NCBI GenBank assembly: GCA_944384485.1
Contig: CALWTO010000036.1
Span: 1-37,163 of the forward strand
DNA length: 37,163 bases
Direction of reading: 5' to 3'
Origin: an uncultured Clostridia bacterium
Lineage (GTDB): Bacteria > Bacillota > Clostridia > Christensenellales > UBA1242
The translations under genes and the position numbers were made by a program. How positions within the stretch are numbered: position 1 is the first letter of the stretch; the number at the start of each line of letters is the position of its first letter. Under the pieces are notes generated by a model. It was not told where the DNA came from. It was given only the letters and a program-made list of their open reading frames with translations, and did no database searches. Below are positions 9,351 to 18,583 of the stretch, piece after piece.

Positions 9351-10100
9351 TTATTCTGGTTGCTCTTCTCCATCTCCTTCATCTAAAGTTTCATCAGATT
9401 GCATCGTTTCAGGATAAAGCAATCTCTTTGCAATTTCAAATCGTGTAGAGCGATAAGGTATTAATTCAGTGCAATATTTATCAATTATTTCCAAAATTTC
9501 ATCATTATATTTTTGTTCTTTTTCACTAGAAGGAAGAATAAGTGTCACACCATACTTAATTACTTTTTTGCTTGTAACCAAATCTCTATAAACAACTTTT
9601 TCAAAAGTCAACGCACCCTTATAGCCAAATCCACCAATAATTTCATATTTTTTCCCATGAACTAAAATTTCAATTTTTGGGACTGTTTGTCGAACAATTG
9701 AAACTAAATCAATTGTAAATGGTTCTGAAAAAGATGATTGAATGGCATTTGCAATCTGAATTGGATAATCTTTTGGCTCTTCTATGCCTGAACATTGTGC
9801 CAAATAAAATTTTTTACTTGCTCTGTTTTTTATATTTTTAGGCAAAAAGTTAATCTTCCTAACTTTGAAATAAATATTTTTTGATTCATACTGTTTAGAC
9901 AAAACAAGCCCTGCATTTGAAAGCATATTATTAGGCACATCAAATATAATTTCTTTACCTGTAAATTTCTTTTTAAAACGCAATGTGTAAAATTTTAAAT
10001 GTTTTTCCAGTTTAGAAATTAAAGCCCTCTCATTTTTACCTATGATATAAAAATGATGTTTTTCTTTATTTTCGTTTTCAAGAGTCGAAAAATCTTTCAT
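9351..10100 (-). CDS. Hypothetical cytoplasmic protein with an acidic C-terminal tail; weak CYTH-like resemblance
   Basis: 249 aa with SD GAGGT. The segment EIIFDVPNNMLSNAGLVLSKQ...YFKVRK resembles the YfDTpd..L...g..LRiR strand pattern of CYTH domains. I see no N-terminal ExExK motif. The tail is DETLDEGDGEEQPE. Confidence 0.5.
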   Translation of the reverse strand: MKDFSTLENENKEKHHFYIIGKNERALISKLEKHLKFYTLRFKKKFTGKEIIFDVPNNMLSNAGLVLSKQYESKNIYFKVRKINFLPKNIKNRASKKFYLAQCSGIEEPKDYPIQIANAIQSSFSEPFTIDLVSIVRQTVPKIEILVHGKKYEIIGGFGYKGALTFEKVVYRDLVTSKKVIKYGVTLILPSSEKEQKYNDEILEIIDKYCTELIPYRSTRFEIAKRLLYPETMQSDETLDEGDGEEQPE

Positions 10101-10232
10101 ATACTACCTCTTTTATTAGTTTACATAAAATATACAAAAAAATCAAATATTTAAACAGTTTTTAAAAATAAACAATAAAATTCTATACCTATAAAACACA
10201 TAAAATCAAAAAGAAAAACATAATTTAGCAGT

Positions 10233-11666
10233 GTGAAGCAAAGGCTAAAATTTCATAACAAATTCTTATATGGAATTGGTGGGCTTGGTTATAGTTCAAT
10301 GTCGCAAACATTGAACAATTTTATTATGTTTTTTGGAACTTCTGTAATGGGAATTTCCGGTTCTCTTGTTGGTATTGCAATCGCTATTTCATCGCTTTGG
10401 GATGGGGTAAGTGATCCACTTGTTGGTTATTTATCTGACAACACGAAAAACAAATTTTTTGGCAAAAGATTAGGCTTTATGTTTTTTGGTATTTTTGTAA
10501 TTGCATTACTCAACATCTGCATTTGGTCAATGCCTAGTTCGCTTCCAGAATTTGGCAAATTCCTTTGGCTTTTAATAGGAATGCTTGCTATTGAAACAGC
10601 AAACACTTGTTTTGGCACTCCTTATTCTGCCCTCGCAATAGACCTTGCACCTGATTATAATGAACAATCAAAAATACAAAGTTTTAAAACCGTTTTTTCT
10701 ATTTTGGGAATGGTTTTGCCAAGCGTTTTAATGTATTTTTTTATGCCGTCAATATCGATAAGCATTCAAGCCTCTCATTCTCAATCCGGCTATATTAAAA
10801 TAGCTTTAATAAATTCAGCATTGCTTCTGCTTTTTGGATTGTTAATGATTTTTAGCACATTAAAATACACTCGAAAAAATCGTCTTTATTCTCAAGATTT
10901 TGTAAAAGAAAAATTTTCTTTTTCAAAGTTAATTAATGGCTATTTTGACATATTAAAAAAGAAGAATTTTAGAAATGTGATTTTAGGCTATTCTTTTGCA
11001 ACAATTTCTTCTGCATTCTTGACTTCTGTAGGACTTCATTTGTTCACATATTGTTATCATTTTTCATCGCCACAAATTTCGATTGTTTTAATCTCTTTAT
11101 TCGGCGGAGCAATTTTATCACAACCACTTTGGGTTTATCTATCTAAAAGAATTGAAAAAAAGAAAGCACTTATATATTCATTAAGCACAATAATTTTTGG
11201 TATATTTTTAATTGTAATAACCTTTTTATTTCGTGAATATATACCGGTTGAAACAATGTTCTTTATAGCAATACCATGTTTGGTTTTTTGCGGAGTTGGT
11301 GCCGGAGCAATGTATAGTTTGCCTTTTTCTATGTATGCAGATGTTGTAACGCTAGAGATAATAGAAACTAAAAATAACAATGCTGGATCATACACGGGAT
11401 TTTTTACATTCACGTACAATTTAGCAAACTCAATAGCTCTTTTAATAATTGGATTTTTGTTAGATATAATCAAATTTGACTCATCAGAACCAGTTCAAGC
11501 ATTATCTGTTCAAAATGGTTTAGGTATGATAGTCTTTTTTGGATGCACAATATTTTTATCACTTGCAATAATGACTTTTTCGAAATATTCTGTAAAACGC
11601 TCGGATGTTTTAAAAATACAATTAACATCACAACGTAATAAAAAAGAAAAAATTGCAGAAAATTAA
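10233..11666 (+). CDS. MFS transporter of the glycoside-pentoside-hexuronide (GPH, MelB-like) family
   Basis: 477 aa with about 12 TM helices. The GPH signature reads WDGVSDPLVGYLSDNTKNKFFGKRLGF (DxxxDPxxGxxSD....GKR). The start is GTG with no obvious SD, so it is uncertain. Confidence 0.8.
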   Translation: MKQRLKFHNKFLYGIGGLGYSSMSQTLNNFIMFFGTSVMGISGSLVGIAIAISSLWDGVSDPLVGYLSDNTKNKFFGKRLGFMFFGIFVIALLNICIWSMPSSLPEFGKFLWLLIGMLAIETANTCFGTPYSALAIDLAPDYNEQSKIQSFKTVFSILGMVLPSVLMYFFMPSISISIQASHSQSGYIKIALINSALLLLFGLLMIFSTLKYTRKNRLYSQDFVKEKFSFSKLINGYFDILKKKNFRNVILGYSFATISSAFLTSVGLHLFTYCYHFSSPQISIVLISLFGGAILSQPLWVYLSKRIEKKKALIYSLSTIIFGIFLIVITFLFREYIPVETMFFIAIPCLVFCGVGAGAMYSLPFSMYADVVTLEIIETKNNNAGSYTGFFTFTYNLANSIALLIIGFLLDIIKFDSSEPVQALSVQNGLGMIVFFGCTIFLSLAIMTFSKYSVKRSDVLKIQLTSQRNKKEKIAEN

Positions 11667-11669
11667 AAT

Positions 11670-12167
11670 ATGAAAACTTTAAAAATTTACAATCTTTTCG
11701 TTATTTTTGTTGCACTTGCATGCAGTTGTCTGCTATGTGGTTGTCAAAATAATTATGAATTTGTTAATGTAAAACAAGACAATGAACTTACAGGTGGAAA
11801 TTTAACTTTTGATTATCAACAAGATACTCAAACAATTAATGTTGGTGGAAATAATGAAATAATTTTATTTTATCAAACAAATTTATTAAAAGGTTGGGAA
11901 GAAGAAGGAAATAGAATTGGACTTGAATTTAATTCCCCAAGCAATTTAAAAAGTTTTGAAGATATAAGTATAAAAATTGACGAACAAGAAATTGACAATA
12001 TAAATTTTCTATCGGTCAACAATGAAAAAACTGGTTCTTTTGTCATATATCCATTGATTGAAAAAATTGGCGAACTAATTAAAATAACTATTTTGTGGGA
12101 AAGCAATAGTAAAGCACAAATATATTATCTAAAAATTGATCCAAACACTATACTTATGAAAAAATAA
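11670..12167 (+). CDS. Small lipoprotein, unknown function
   Basis: 165 aa with a signal peptide ending in the lipobox LLCGC. It starts 3 nt after the MFS gene stop. Confidence 0.7.
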   Translation: MKTLKIYNLFVIFVALACSCLLCGCQNNYEFVNVKQDNELTGGNLTFDYQQDTQTINVGGNNEIILFYQTNLLKGWEEEGNRIGLEFNSPSNLKSFEDISIKIDEQEIDNINFLSVNNEKTGSFVIYPLIEKIGELIKITILWESNSKAQIYYLKIDPNTILMKK

Positions 12168-12216
12168 AGAACCTAAAAACATTTTTTCTCATAAACTATT
12201 TTTGTGAGGAGGAAAA

Positions 12217-13230
12217 ATGCAAAAAATTAAAAAAATATCTTTAATGTTATGTTGTTTAATGCTTTGTTTGACCGCTTGCCTTGCATTTGTTGGTTGTGGA
12301 AACAACCCAAACAAAATAAGGTTAAATGAAGTTACTCATAGCATTTTTTATGCTCCATTGTATGTGGCACAAAACATGGGATTTTTCGAAGATGAAGGTC
12401 TTGAGGTAAGTATAGAAAGTGCAACCGGATCTGATGCTTCAATGACTGCCCTATTAAGTGGAAGTGCTGATATAGTACTTGTTGGTCCTGAAACAGTTGT
12501 TTATTCTTCAACGACAAAAGATCATCCTGTTGTTTTTGGTCAACTAACACAACGCGACGGTTCCTTTATTGTTTCAAAAGATGAAATTGAAGGCGAGTTT
12601 ACACTTAAAATGCTTAAAGGTAAAACTATTATAGGTGGCAGAGCCGGTGGATTACCAGCGATGACGCTCGAATATGTGATAAAACAAGCAGGATTGACAA
12701 TTGGTGAGAATGCGAGTGCTGGAGAAGTGAATTTGAGAACAGATGTTGCTTTCAATATGATAGCAAGTGAATTCCAAACTTCATCAAGCGAATATTGTAC
12801 TCTTTTTGAACCAACGGCTACAACATTGGCAAATGAAGGCAAGGGCTATGTTGTTTCTGCAGTAGGTGCAGTTTCTGGTGAAATTCCTTATACTTGTTTT
12901 GCTACAAAATCAAGTTATTTACAAAATAACAGCGAGCAAGCAGAAAAATTTTTGAAGGCAGTAAAACGAGGATATGATTATATTGCCCAAAACGACTCAA
13001 CTTTAGTTGCACAAGCATTGACAGCATCTTTCGCAGGAATGAGCATCGAAGAATTAAAAATTGCAGTAGAACAATATCTTGCAATTGACGCATGGAGCAA
13101 TGATTTGATTATGAGTCAAAGTTCATTTGAAAAACTTGTTGACATTATAAACAGCACACAAAATACTTCTTATAGCCCTGATTTTAATGAACTTATAGAC
13201 AATTCTCTTGCTGAAAAAATCTCTGCATAA
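12217..13230 (+). CDS. Lipoprotein solute-binding protein, NMT1/THI5 (SsuA/TauA/ThiY-like) family
   Basis: 337 aa with lipobox AFVGCGN. IRLNEVTHSIFYAPLYVAQNMGFFEDEGLEV and SGSADIVLVGPE match the NMT1/THI5-like SBP pattern. Strong SD (GAGGAGG). Confidence 0.75.
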   Translation: MQKIKKISLMLCCLMLCLTACLAFVGCGNNPNKIRLNEVTHSIFYAPLYVAQNMGFFEDEGLEVSIESATGSDASMTALLSGSADIVLVGPETVVYSSTTKDHPVVFGQLTQRDGSFIVSKDEIEGEFTLKMLKGKTIIGGRAGGLPAMTLEYVIKQAGLTIGENASAGEVNLRTDVAFNMIASEFQTSSSEYCTLFEPTATTLANEGKGYVVSAVGAVSGEIPYTCFATKSSYLQNNSEQAEKFLKAVKRGYDYIAQNDSTLVAQALTASFAGMSIEELKIAVEQYLAIDAWSNDLIMSQSSFEKLVDIINSTQNTSYSPDFNELIDNSLAEKISA

Positions 13231-13237
13231 TGAAATA

Positions 13238-13266
13238 AAAAAAGGTCTTTTGAAAGACCTTTTTTT
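13238..13266. terminator. Bidirectional rho-independent terminator
   Basis: AAAAAAGGTCTT-TTGA-AAGACCTTTTTT lies between convergent genes. Confidence 0.7.
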
Positions 13267-13303
13267 AAATATTTATATTGATAAGTTTATTTTTAATGTT
13301 TAA

Positions 13304-15592
13304 TCAAGAATAAAAATCTTTATAATTAATTTCTTTTTCTTTCTTTTTAATGTTGTTTTTTGCTACTTTTCTCTTTTTGAAATATATAAGCAATACAATA
13401 GCTATCGCAACAACAACTACACAAGGAATTGTAATCCAAAGCCAAAGCAAACTATCGCCATTACCGTTTTGTTTTTCATTAGCCAGTATTTCAAAATTTA
13501 TTTTCTCAAGTTCTTGATTTTCGCAAATTTTTGCCACATTAACATTTAAAGTATAGGTAGTTGTACCTTCTGCATTTTCTTCGACCTTTTTTACAACATC
13601 ACTTTCTGCGACACTTTCTTTATAAAGAGAAGATAAAGATTGAACAAACTTCGTTAAGTTTAATTCAAAATTTTCCTTTGTTATAACTTTTAATTCTGCA
13701 TTTGTTAATGTTTTAGCAATTTTTATTGGAACAGAAGTATAATTGTTGCCTTGTACTGAAACAGAAATAATTTTGTCTTTGTCAAAATTTAAAAAATCTA
13801 TTTCAACACCGCCCTCGCTAGAGAACACTGCTTCAAGTTTAAAACTTTGATTAAAAGGAGCAACGCCAAAATTAATTTTAATTGTTGCTAAATCATTTCC
13901 TACTTCATTCCACCATGCACTGTTTGAAGAATCTTGTAAAATGTATTGTCCATTAACAATATAATAAAGATTCCAATGGTCAAAAATGTAGTAACTTTGT
14001 TCTTTCGTAGAGGCACTAACTGTAAAAGGTTCATAATTAATAGAATATAAATTTTCGCTTGATTCGAAAATGCTAGTACCATTGTTAAAACTCAACCCAC
14101 CAGGAACTATTCCATCATCTTTTTCAACCGCAAACTGTCCTTTGTACTCGTTTGCTTCAATATCTATACTATAAGCTCCACTCGTCCAGTCATTTGCCTT
14201 TAAAGAAATTATAAAACCATTTTCTGTTTTCTCGACTTGAGCAAAAGATTCATCTAATATTTTATCTCCATCAACAACAACTTTGACAATATTATAAAAA
14301 TCAACTAAATTTTCAATCTTTATCCCATTTTTATAAAATTCTTTCAGTTCAATATGAATTGAAACATCATCATTATAACAAGCAAAATTATTTTCATCCA
14401 AACCCTCAAAATGTATTTCTTGCATTATTGCATTAGGGTCTACATTTGGAATAAAAGAAAAAGAAAATTCTTGAAATCTCTGTAAAACTATAATTGAATT
14501 TTTTATGCTAAAGATAGTTTTAAAATTTATACCAGAACTGCTTGGGTTAAAATTAGAAACATCATTTAAAAAAGAATAAGAAATGCTTTGAACTTGATTT
14601 AATTTTGAATTTGAATATTTTTCTCCATTTTCTCCAATAGCATTAACATTTGAATCAGTCCAATAATCATAATTTATATTTCCCACTGATATAGAGCTAT
14701 TTGATGAAACCTGCCCAACAATACCACCCATTATTGCAAAAGATGAAGAAAAATTGCCAGAAGATGTGTTATCTTTAATTATAGTTTCAGCATCTTGTGC
14801 AAAACCTACAATACCTCCACAATAAACTTTTGTATTTAAATTATCTGCTCTTGTTATTGTAATATCACCAAAAAACAAGTTACGATTAAAAGAACATGAT
14901 GAAATTGAACCAGCAAATCCCCCCAAATTATTTTGTGTGCTTGCGGACAAATTAAAATTTAAATCCGCTTTTACTAAATTGTTGTAAAATTGGCTATTTT
15001 CAGCTTTTCCAACAATTCCACCAAAACAAACTTCTCCATTTTTTAAAGATATTTCAATATTATTGGTTTTATCAAAATTTTGAATATCTATTTCACAATT
15101 TTCGACTGTAGAATTTTTAGCAACTCCAACAATTAAACCTAAATTCAAACTGCCATAATTATCATCTGCAAAATTAAAGTTAATCTGATTTGTTTGAGAA
15201 ATATTATTTTCAATTTCGCCACCTATTTTTAAATTTTTAATAGTAGCTCCATTTGCATATGGAATAATTCCAAAATTAACTCCACCTTCAATATCTATAT
15301 TTGTGTATTCAATGTTATAGATTGTATGACCATTACCATCGAAAACACCACTAAAAACATAATCGCTTGAATTTATTACTGCATTAACTTTTAAATTATC
15401 AATATCTTCCATTAACTTGATTTCACTATATTCCCAAGGTTTAGACAAAATTTCTTGAGCATTATTATTGTAGACTAAAGCAGTTGATTCTGCGCAATCT
15501 GAACTTTGATAAAAAGGAAGACAAACAAAACTCCCCCCTATAATAGAAAGTGAAAATACAATAATTAATGCAAAAATTTTTAAATTTTTCAT
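13304..15592 (-). CDS. Large surface protein with GLUG-type repeats and a C-terminal membrane anchor
   Basis: 762 aa with an N-terminal signal peptide. FSGVFDGNGHTIYNIEY is followed by repeated GGIVG/GGFAG motifs (GLUG-like). The C-terminal TM is LWLWITIPCVVVVAIAIVLLIYF plus a basic tail. SD AAGGTGGGA. Confidence 0.65.
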   Translation of the reverse strand: MKNLKIFALIIVFSLSIIGGSFVCLPFYQSSDCAESTALVYNNNAQEILSKPWEYSEIKLMEDIDNLKVNAVINSSDYVFSGVFDGNGHTIYNIEYTNIDIEGGVNFGIIPYANGATIKNLKIGGEIENNISQTNQINFNFADDNYGSLNLGLIVGVAKNSTVENCEIDIQNFDKTNNIEISLKNGEVCFGGIVGKAENSQFYNNLVKADLNFNLSASTQNNLGGFAGSISSCSFNRNLFFGDITITRADNLNTKVYCGGIVGFAQDAETIIKDNTSSGNFSSSFAIMGGIVGQVSSNSSISVGNINYDYWTDSNVNAIGENGEKYSNSKLNQVQSISYSFLNDVSNFNPSSSGINFKTIFSIKNSIIVLQRFQEFSFSFIPNVDPNAIMQEIHFEGLDENNFACYNDDVSIHIELKEFYKNGIKIENLVDFYNIVKVVVDGDKILDESFAQVEKTENGFIISLKANDWTSGAYSIDIEANEYKGQFAVEKDDGIVPGGLSFNNGTSIFESSENLYSINYEPFTVSASTKEQSYYIFDHWNLYYIVNGQYILQDSSNSAWWNEVGNDLATIKINFGVAPFNQSFKLEAVFSSEGGVEIDFLNFDKDKIISVSVQGNNYTSVPIKIAKTLTNAELKVITKENFELNLTKFVQSLSSLYKESVAESDVVKKVEENAEGTTTYTLNVNVAKICENQELEKINFEILANEKQNGNGDSLLWLWITIPCVVVVAIAIVLLIYFKKRKVAKNNIKKKEKEINYKDFYS

Positions 15593-15693
15593 TTTTGTCC
15601 CACCTTATAAATTATATAAATAATTTATCATAATAATTTATTTTTTCCAAATAAATATTAAATTATTTTAATTAATGTCAGATTTTTACTAGA

Positions 15694-17115
15694 TTAGTAC
15701 TTCTTTGACAACTTTTTTATAAGTTTTTCTTTATCTTTTTGCACTAAAGTTTTTTTGGTTGTAAAAGTTTTATCTTGATTTAAACTTACTAAATAATAAC
15801 GCATTTCATCAAGACAATGGTCATCTTTTTTTATTGGTAAATCTTCATCGCCCCACCAATAAGATTTAATTTCTCGAATAAGATTAACGCAATTTTTAAA
15901 TATAAAAAGATGTGATGCACCTGTTGCATCTTTTATGTAACGCTTAACAACATTGATTCCTGTAAACATATCTTTGTTAACTCTTGGATTCACTAAAATT
16001 CCATTTTCGTAAAAAAGTTCAACAACATTTTTCACACTTGCCAAAGTTCTTTGTGATGCCGCAGAATCAATCAGAGCTTCAAGTTGCCCATTTCTATTAA
16101 CTTTCCAATTTAATTTTTTCGCAATATCTTTTATTTTTTGTGCATGATAATCAACTTCCTTGCCCTTTTCAAAATGTTCAGCAACAACATAAACATTTCC
16201 ATCATAATCTCTTGCGTAAAAATGAGCAGAAAGTGGGTTGTTAAGTCCGGGATCAATCGAAATGTTGTCTTGCCAATCTTCTGGTATTTCAAATGGCTCA
16301 ATTACATTAACATATTCGTCAAATTCATTATAAACAAGACCTCCACATTGCATGAAATTTCCATATCTTCTGCTGTCCAGTTCTTCTTTTGACATAGATT
16401 TACTCATTAGTTCAATTTCTTTTTCATCAAGATAAGGGTTATCCGCCCATTCCATTTGAATAAACCAAACATTCTCATCATTATGATTATTTAAATAAAT
16501 TTCATGATAAACCCAAGTCAATCCTTTAAGCGGAGTCATAGTACCAAAAATTTCACCTTTTTTATCTAAAATTCTCATTTTGCATTCCATATATATGTCA
16601 AAAGGCGGTTCTTCATCAAACCAAACAAAATCAAGGGATGCACCTTGAAACTTTTCTCGACCTTGATCACAACTACGAAATCCTATTTTACTTAAACTAC
16701 CGAAAATATTCTTTACTAAAATAAAATCAATAACCCCACTTTCAGCGCTATCTTGACGCCCCTTTGTCATAACAATTTTTTCAATCCATTGTTTTTTTAA
16801 ATAATGCAATATTTTATTTTGTGCAACATCTCGTTGAACTTGTTTTGAAAGACTTACAACCCAACAAGAAATAGGTTTATTTTTTTTAAAAGGATGTATC
16901 CCTCTTGCAAGCCAGACTGTTTCGACTGCTCCACATTCTGTTTTCCCTGAACGGTTGCCTCCAAACACCCATCTATTTTTTTTGTCGCACTTATGAAATA
17001 AAATTTGTTTTTTGTGAACCTTTTCCCCTGTGTTATAAAAAGATAAAAAATCATCCTCTTGGCGTAATTTAATTTGATTTTTTACAATATTTAATTTGTA
17101 TTTAATTTCATCCAT
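15694..17115 (-). CDS. terL: Phage terminase large subunit (TerL) homolog, apparently intact
   Basis: 473 aa from the ATG at 17115 (AGGTG SD, 5-nt spacer). Motifs: Walker A FGGNRSGKTECG, Walker B LDFVWFDEEP, coupling-like GTMTP. RNase H-like nuclease acidic motifs are ISIDPG, LIDSAA and KKDDHCLDEMRYY. Confidence 0.85.
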   Translation of the reverse strand: MDEIKYKLNIVKNQIKLRQEDDFLSFYNTGEKVHKKQILFHKCDKKNRWVFGGNRSGKTECGAVETVWLARGIHPFKKNKPISCWVVSLSKQVQRDVAQNKILHYLKKQWIEKIVMTKGRQDSAESGVIDFILVKNIFGSLSKIGFRSCDQGREKFQGASLDFVWFDEEPPFDIYMECKMRILDKKGEIFGTMTPLKGLTWVYHEIYLNNHNDENVWFIQMEWADNPYLDEKEIELMSKSMSKEELDSRRYGNFMQCGGLVYNEFDEYVNVIEPFEIPEDWQDNISIDPGLNNPLSAHFYARDYDGNVYVVAEHFEKGKEVDYHAQKIKDIAKKLNWKVNRNGQLEALIDSAASQRTLASVKNVVELFYENGILVNPRVNKDMFTGINVVKRYIKDATGASHLFIFKNCVNLIREIKSYWWGDEDLPIKKDDHCLDEMRYYLVSLNQDKTFTTKKTLVQKDKEKLIKKLSKKY

Positions 17116-17203
17116 TTTTTCACCTGTCAAAATAAGATATTTAAGTCTTTTTATCGACAAAAAAATATTATTAAAAAAACTCATATTTTTTTAAAATAAA
17201 AAC

Positions 17204-18007
17204 ATGAAAAAAATAAAATTTTTAATTATTTTATCAATATTTATTACAACATTTTTTTTATGCCCTTTACATTCAACTTCAATGGCAAGTCAAAATGTCG
17301 CATACTACGGAAAAGTTATGAATGATAATGTTTATTTTTATTCAAATCCAATATCAAACGATGAAAGCAAATTGTTTGCAATTCCAAAAAGTTATTTTGT
17401 TTATATAACAGAGGAAGCAAACGGCGATTTCTATGTCGCACAATATAAAGATCTTTATGGCTATGTAAAAAAAGAAGAAATAACTGTCATGAATGGCACA
17501 CCTACTGTCCCTTTCGCAAATGTTAATTTTACTGTTTTTGATTTTGATGGATTAGATTTGTTCCCAACAGCAAATTTTACAAACAACACTTCTCTTGCTT
17601 CCATTCCTTACTTGACAGTCATAGGAACATATTACGGTGAAATATCAGGAGAGAATATTCCCAACATGAACAAAAATTGGTATTATTGCAAATATAACAA
17701 AAATCAAACAAATGTATATGGTTATGTCTATTCAGCATTTTGTTATGAAAAAAGCAATCTGGAATTAAATAATGAATCTTTTGATATTGTTGAAAATCCC
17801 GTGTTTACTAGCAACTTTTCGACGGAAGAAAAATTAAGCGATGTGGCTATGGCATTTATTATAATTGGCGTATCTTTGCCTTGTTTAATAATTTTATATT
17901 TACTTATAAAACCATCTTTTCAAAAAGATAAAGTTGCAGTTAATAAGAAACCCGCAAAAAAAAGGCATGGAGATTATTTCGAATTTGATGAAAATGACTT
18001 AAATTAA
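17204..18007 (+). CDS. Type I membrane protein with two SH3b-like repeats
   Basis: 267 aa with a signal peptide and two segments ending in LYGYVKKEEI and VYGYVYSAF, as in bacterial SH3 domains. C-terminal TM (AMAFIIIGVSLPCLIILYLLI) and a charged tail. Confidence 0.55.
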   Translation: MKKIKFLIILSIFITTFFLCPLHSTSMASQNVAYYGKVMNDNVYFYSNPISNDESKLFAIPKSYFVYITEEANGDFYVAQYKDLYGYVKKEEITVMNGTPTVPFANVNFTVFDFDGLDLFPTANFTNNTSLASIPYLTVIGTYYGEISGENIPNMNKNWYYCKYNKNQTNVYGYVYSAFCYEKSNLELNNESFDIVENPVFTSNFSTEEKLSDVAMAFIIIGVSLPCLIILYLLIKPSFQKDKVAVNKKPAKKRHGDYFEFDENDLN

Positions 18008-18531
18008 CAAACAGCAATTTTTCCTAAATCACAATTTGAAACATTAAAATTGTCTTCGTTTTTAACAGTTATTAGTCTATTGTATACTTCTATCATCCAT
18101 TTTTCAGAAGATATGTAATCCAAAAGTTTGCTTTCAGAAAAACCTAATTTTTCTAATGTGATAGAAAAATTTCTTAATGCTTCATTTAATCTTCTAAAAT
18201 AAGTTCTTTCAGATAAATTATGCCTTTTAGCAATTTCACATGCTTTATCATTGTCCATATATTTCTCAATAAGAATTTGAGAATACAAAATAGGGCAATT
18301 ATCAAGAGCCATCTCGGTTAATATTTTTATGTTAATAAGTTTAACTTTTCTTTGACTTAAATCAATAATGTATTGAGCAACATTACTTATATTGTTATCT
18401 TTACAACCAATACCAGACATATAAAAAGAATTCAACGCTCTTCTTTCAACCAACCTGTCAATTGCATCAGCAATTCTGTCTAAATATCTATAAACAAGTA
18501 AAACAGTTTTAGCACATAAATTTAATTTCAT
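18004..18531 (-). CDS. Putative transcriptional regulator with a sigma-70 region-4-like HTH (phage late-regulator-like)
   Basis: 175 aa with strong SD (GGGAGG). The segment ILIEKYMDNDKACEIAKRHNLSERTYFRRLNEALRNF resembles a region 4.2 HTH. No region 2 was recognised. Confidence 0.45.
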   Translation of the reverse strand: MKLNLCAKTVLLVYRYLDRIADAIDRLVERRALNSFYMSGIGCKDNNISNVAQYIIDLSQRKVKLINIKILTEMALDNCPILYSQILIEKYMDNDKACEIAKRHNLSERTYFRRLNEALRNFSITLEKLGFSESKLLDYISSEKWMIEVYNRLITVKNEDNFNVSNCDLGKIAVC

Positions 18532-18553
18532 AATTCCTCCCTTTTACGAAAAA

Positions 18554-18583
18554 ATTATAAAATTAAACTCTTTGAATAGTCAA
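18554..18583 (-). promoter_or_regulatory. Candidate promoter for the 175-aa regulator gene
   Basis: The minus strand reads TTGACT, 18 nt, TATAAT, ending about 22 nt upstream of the ATG. Confidence 0.4.
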
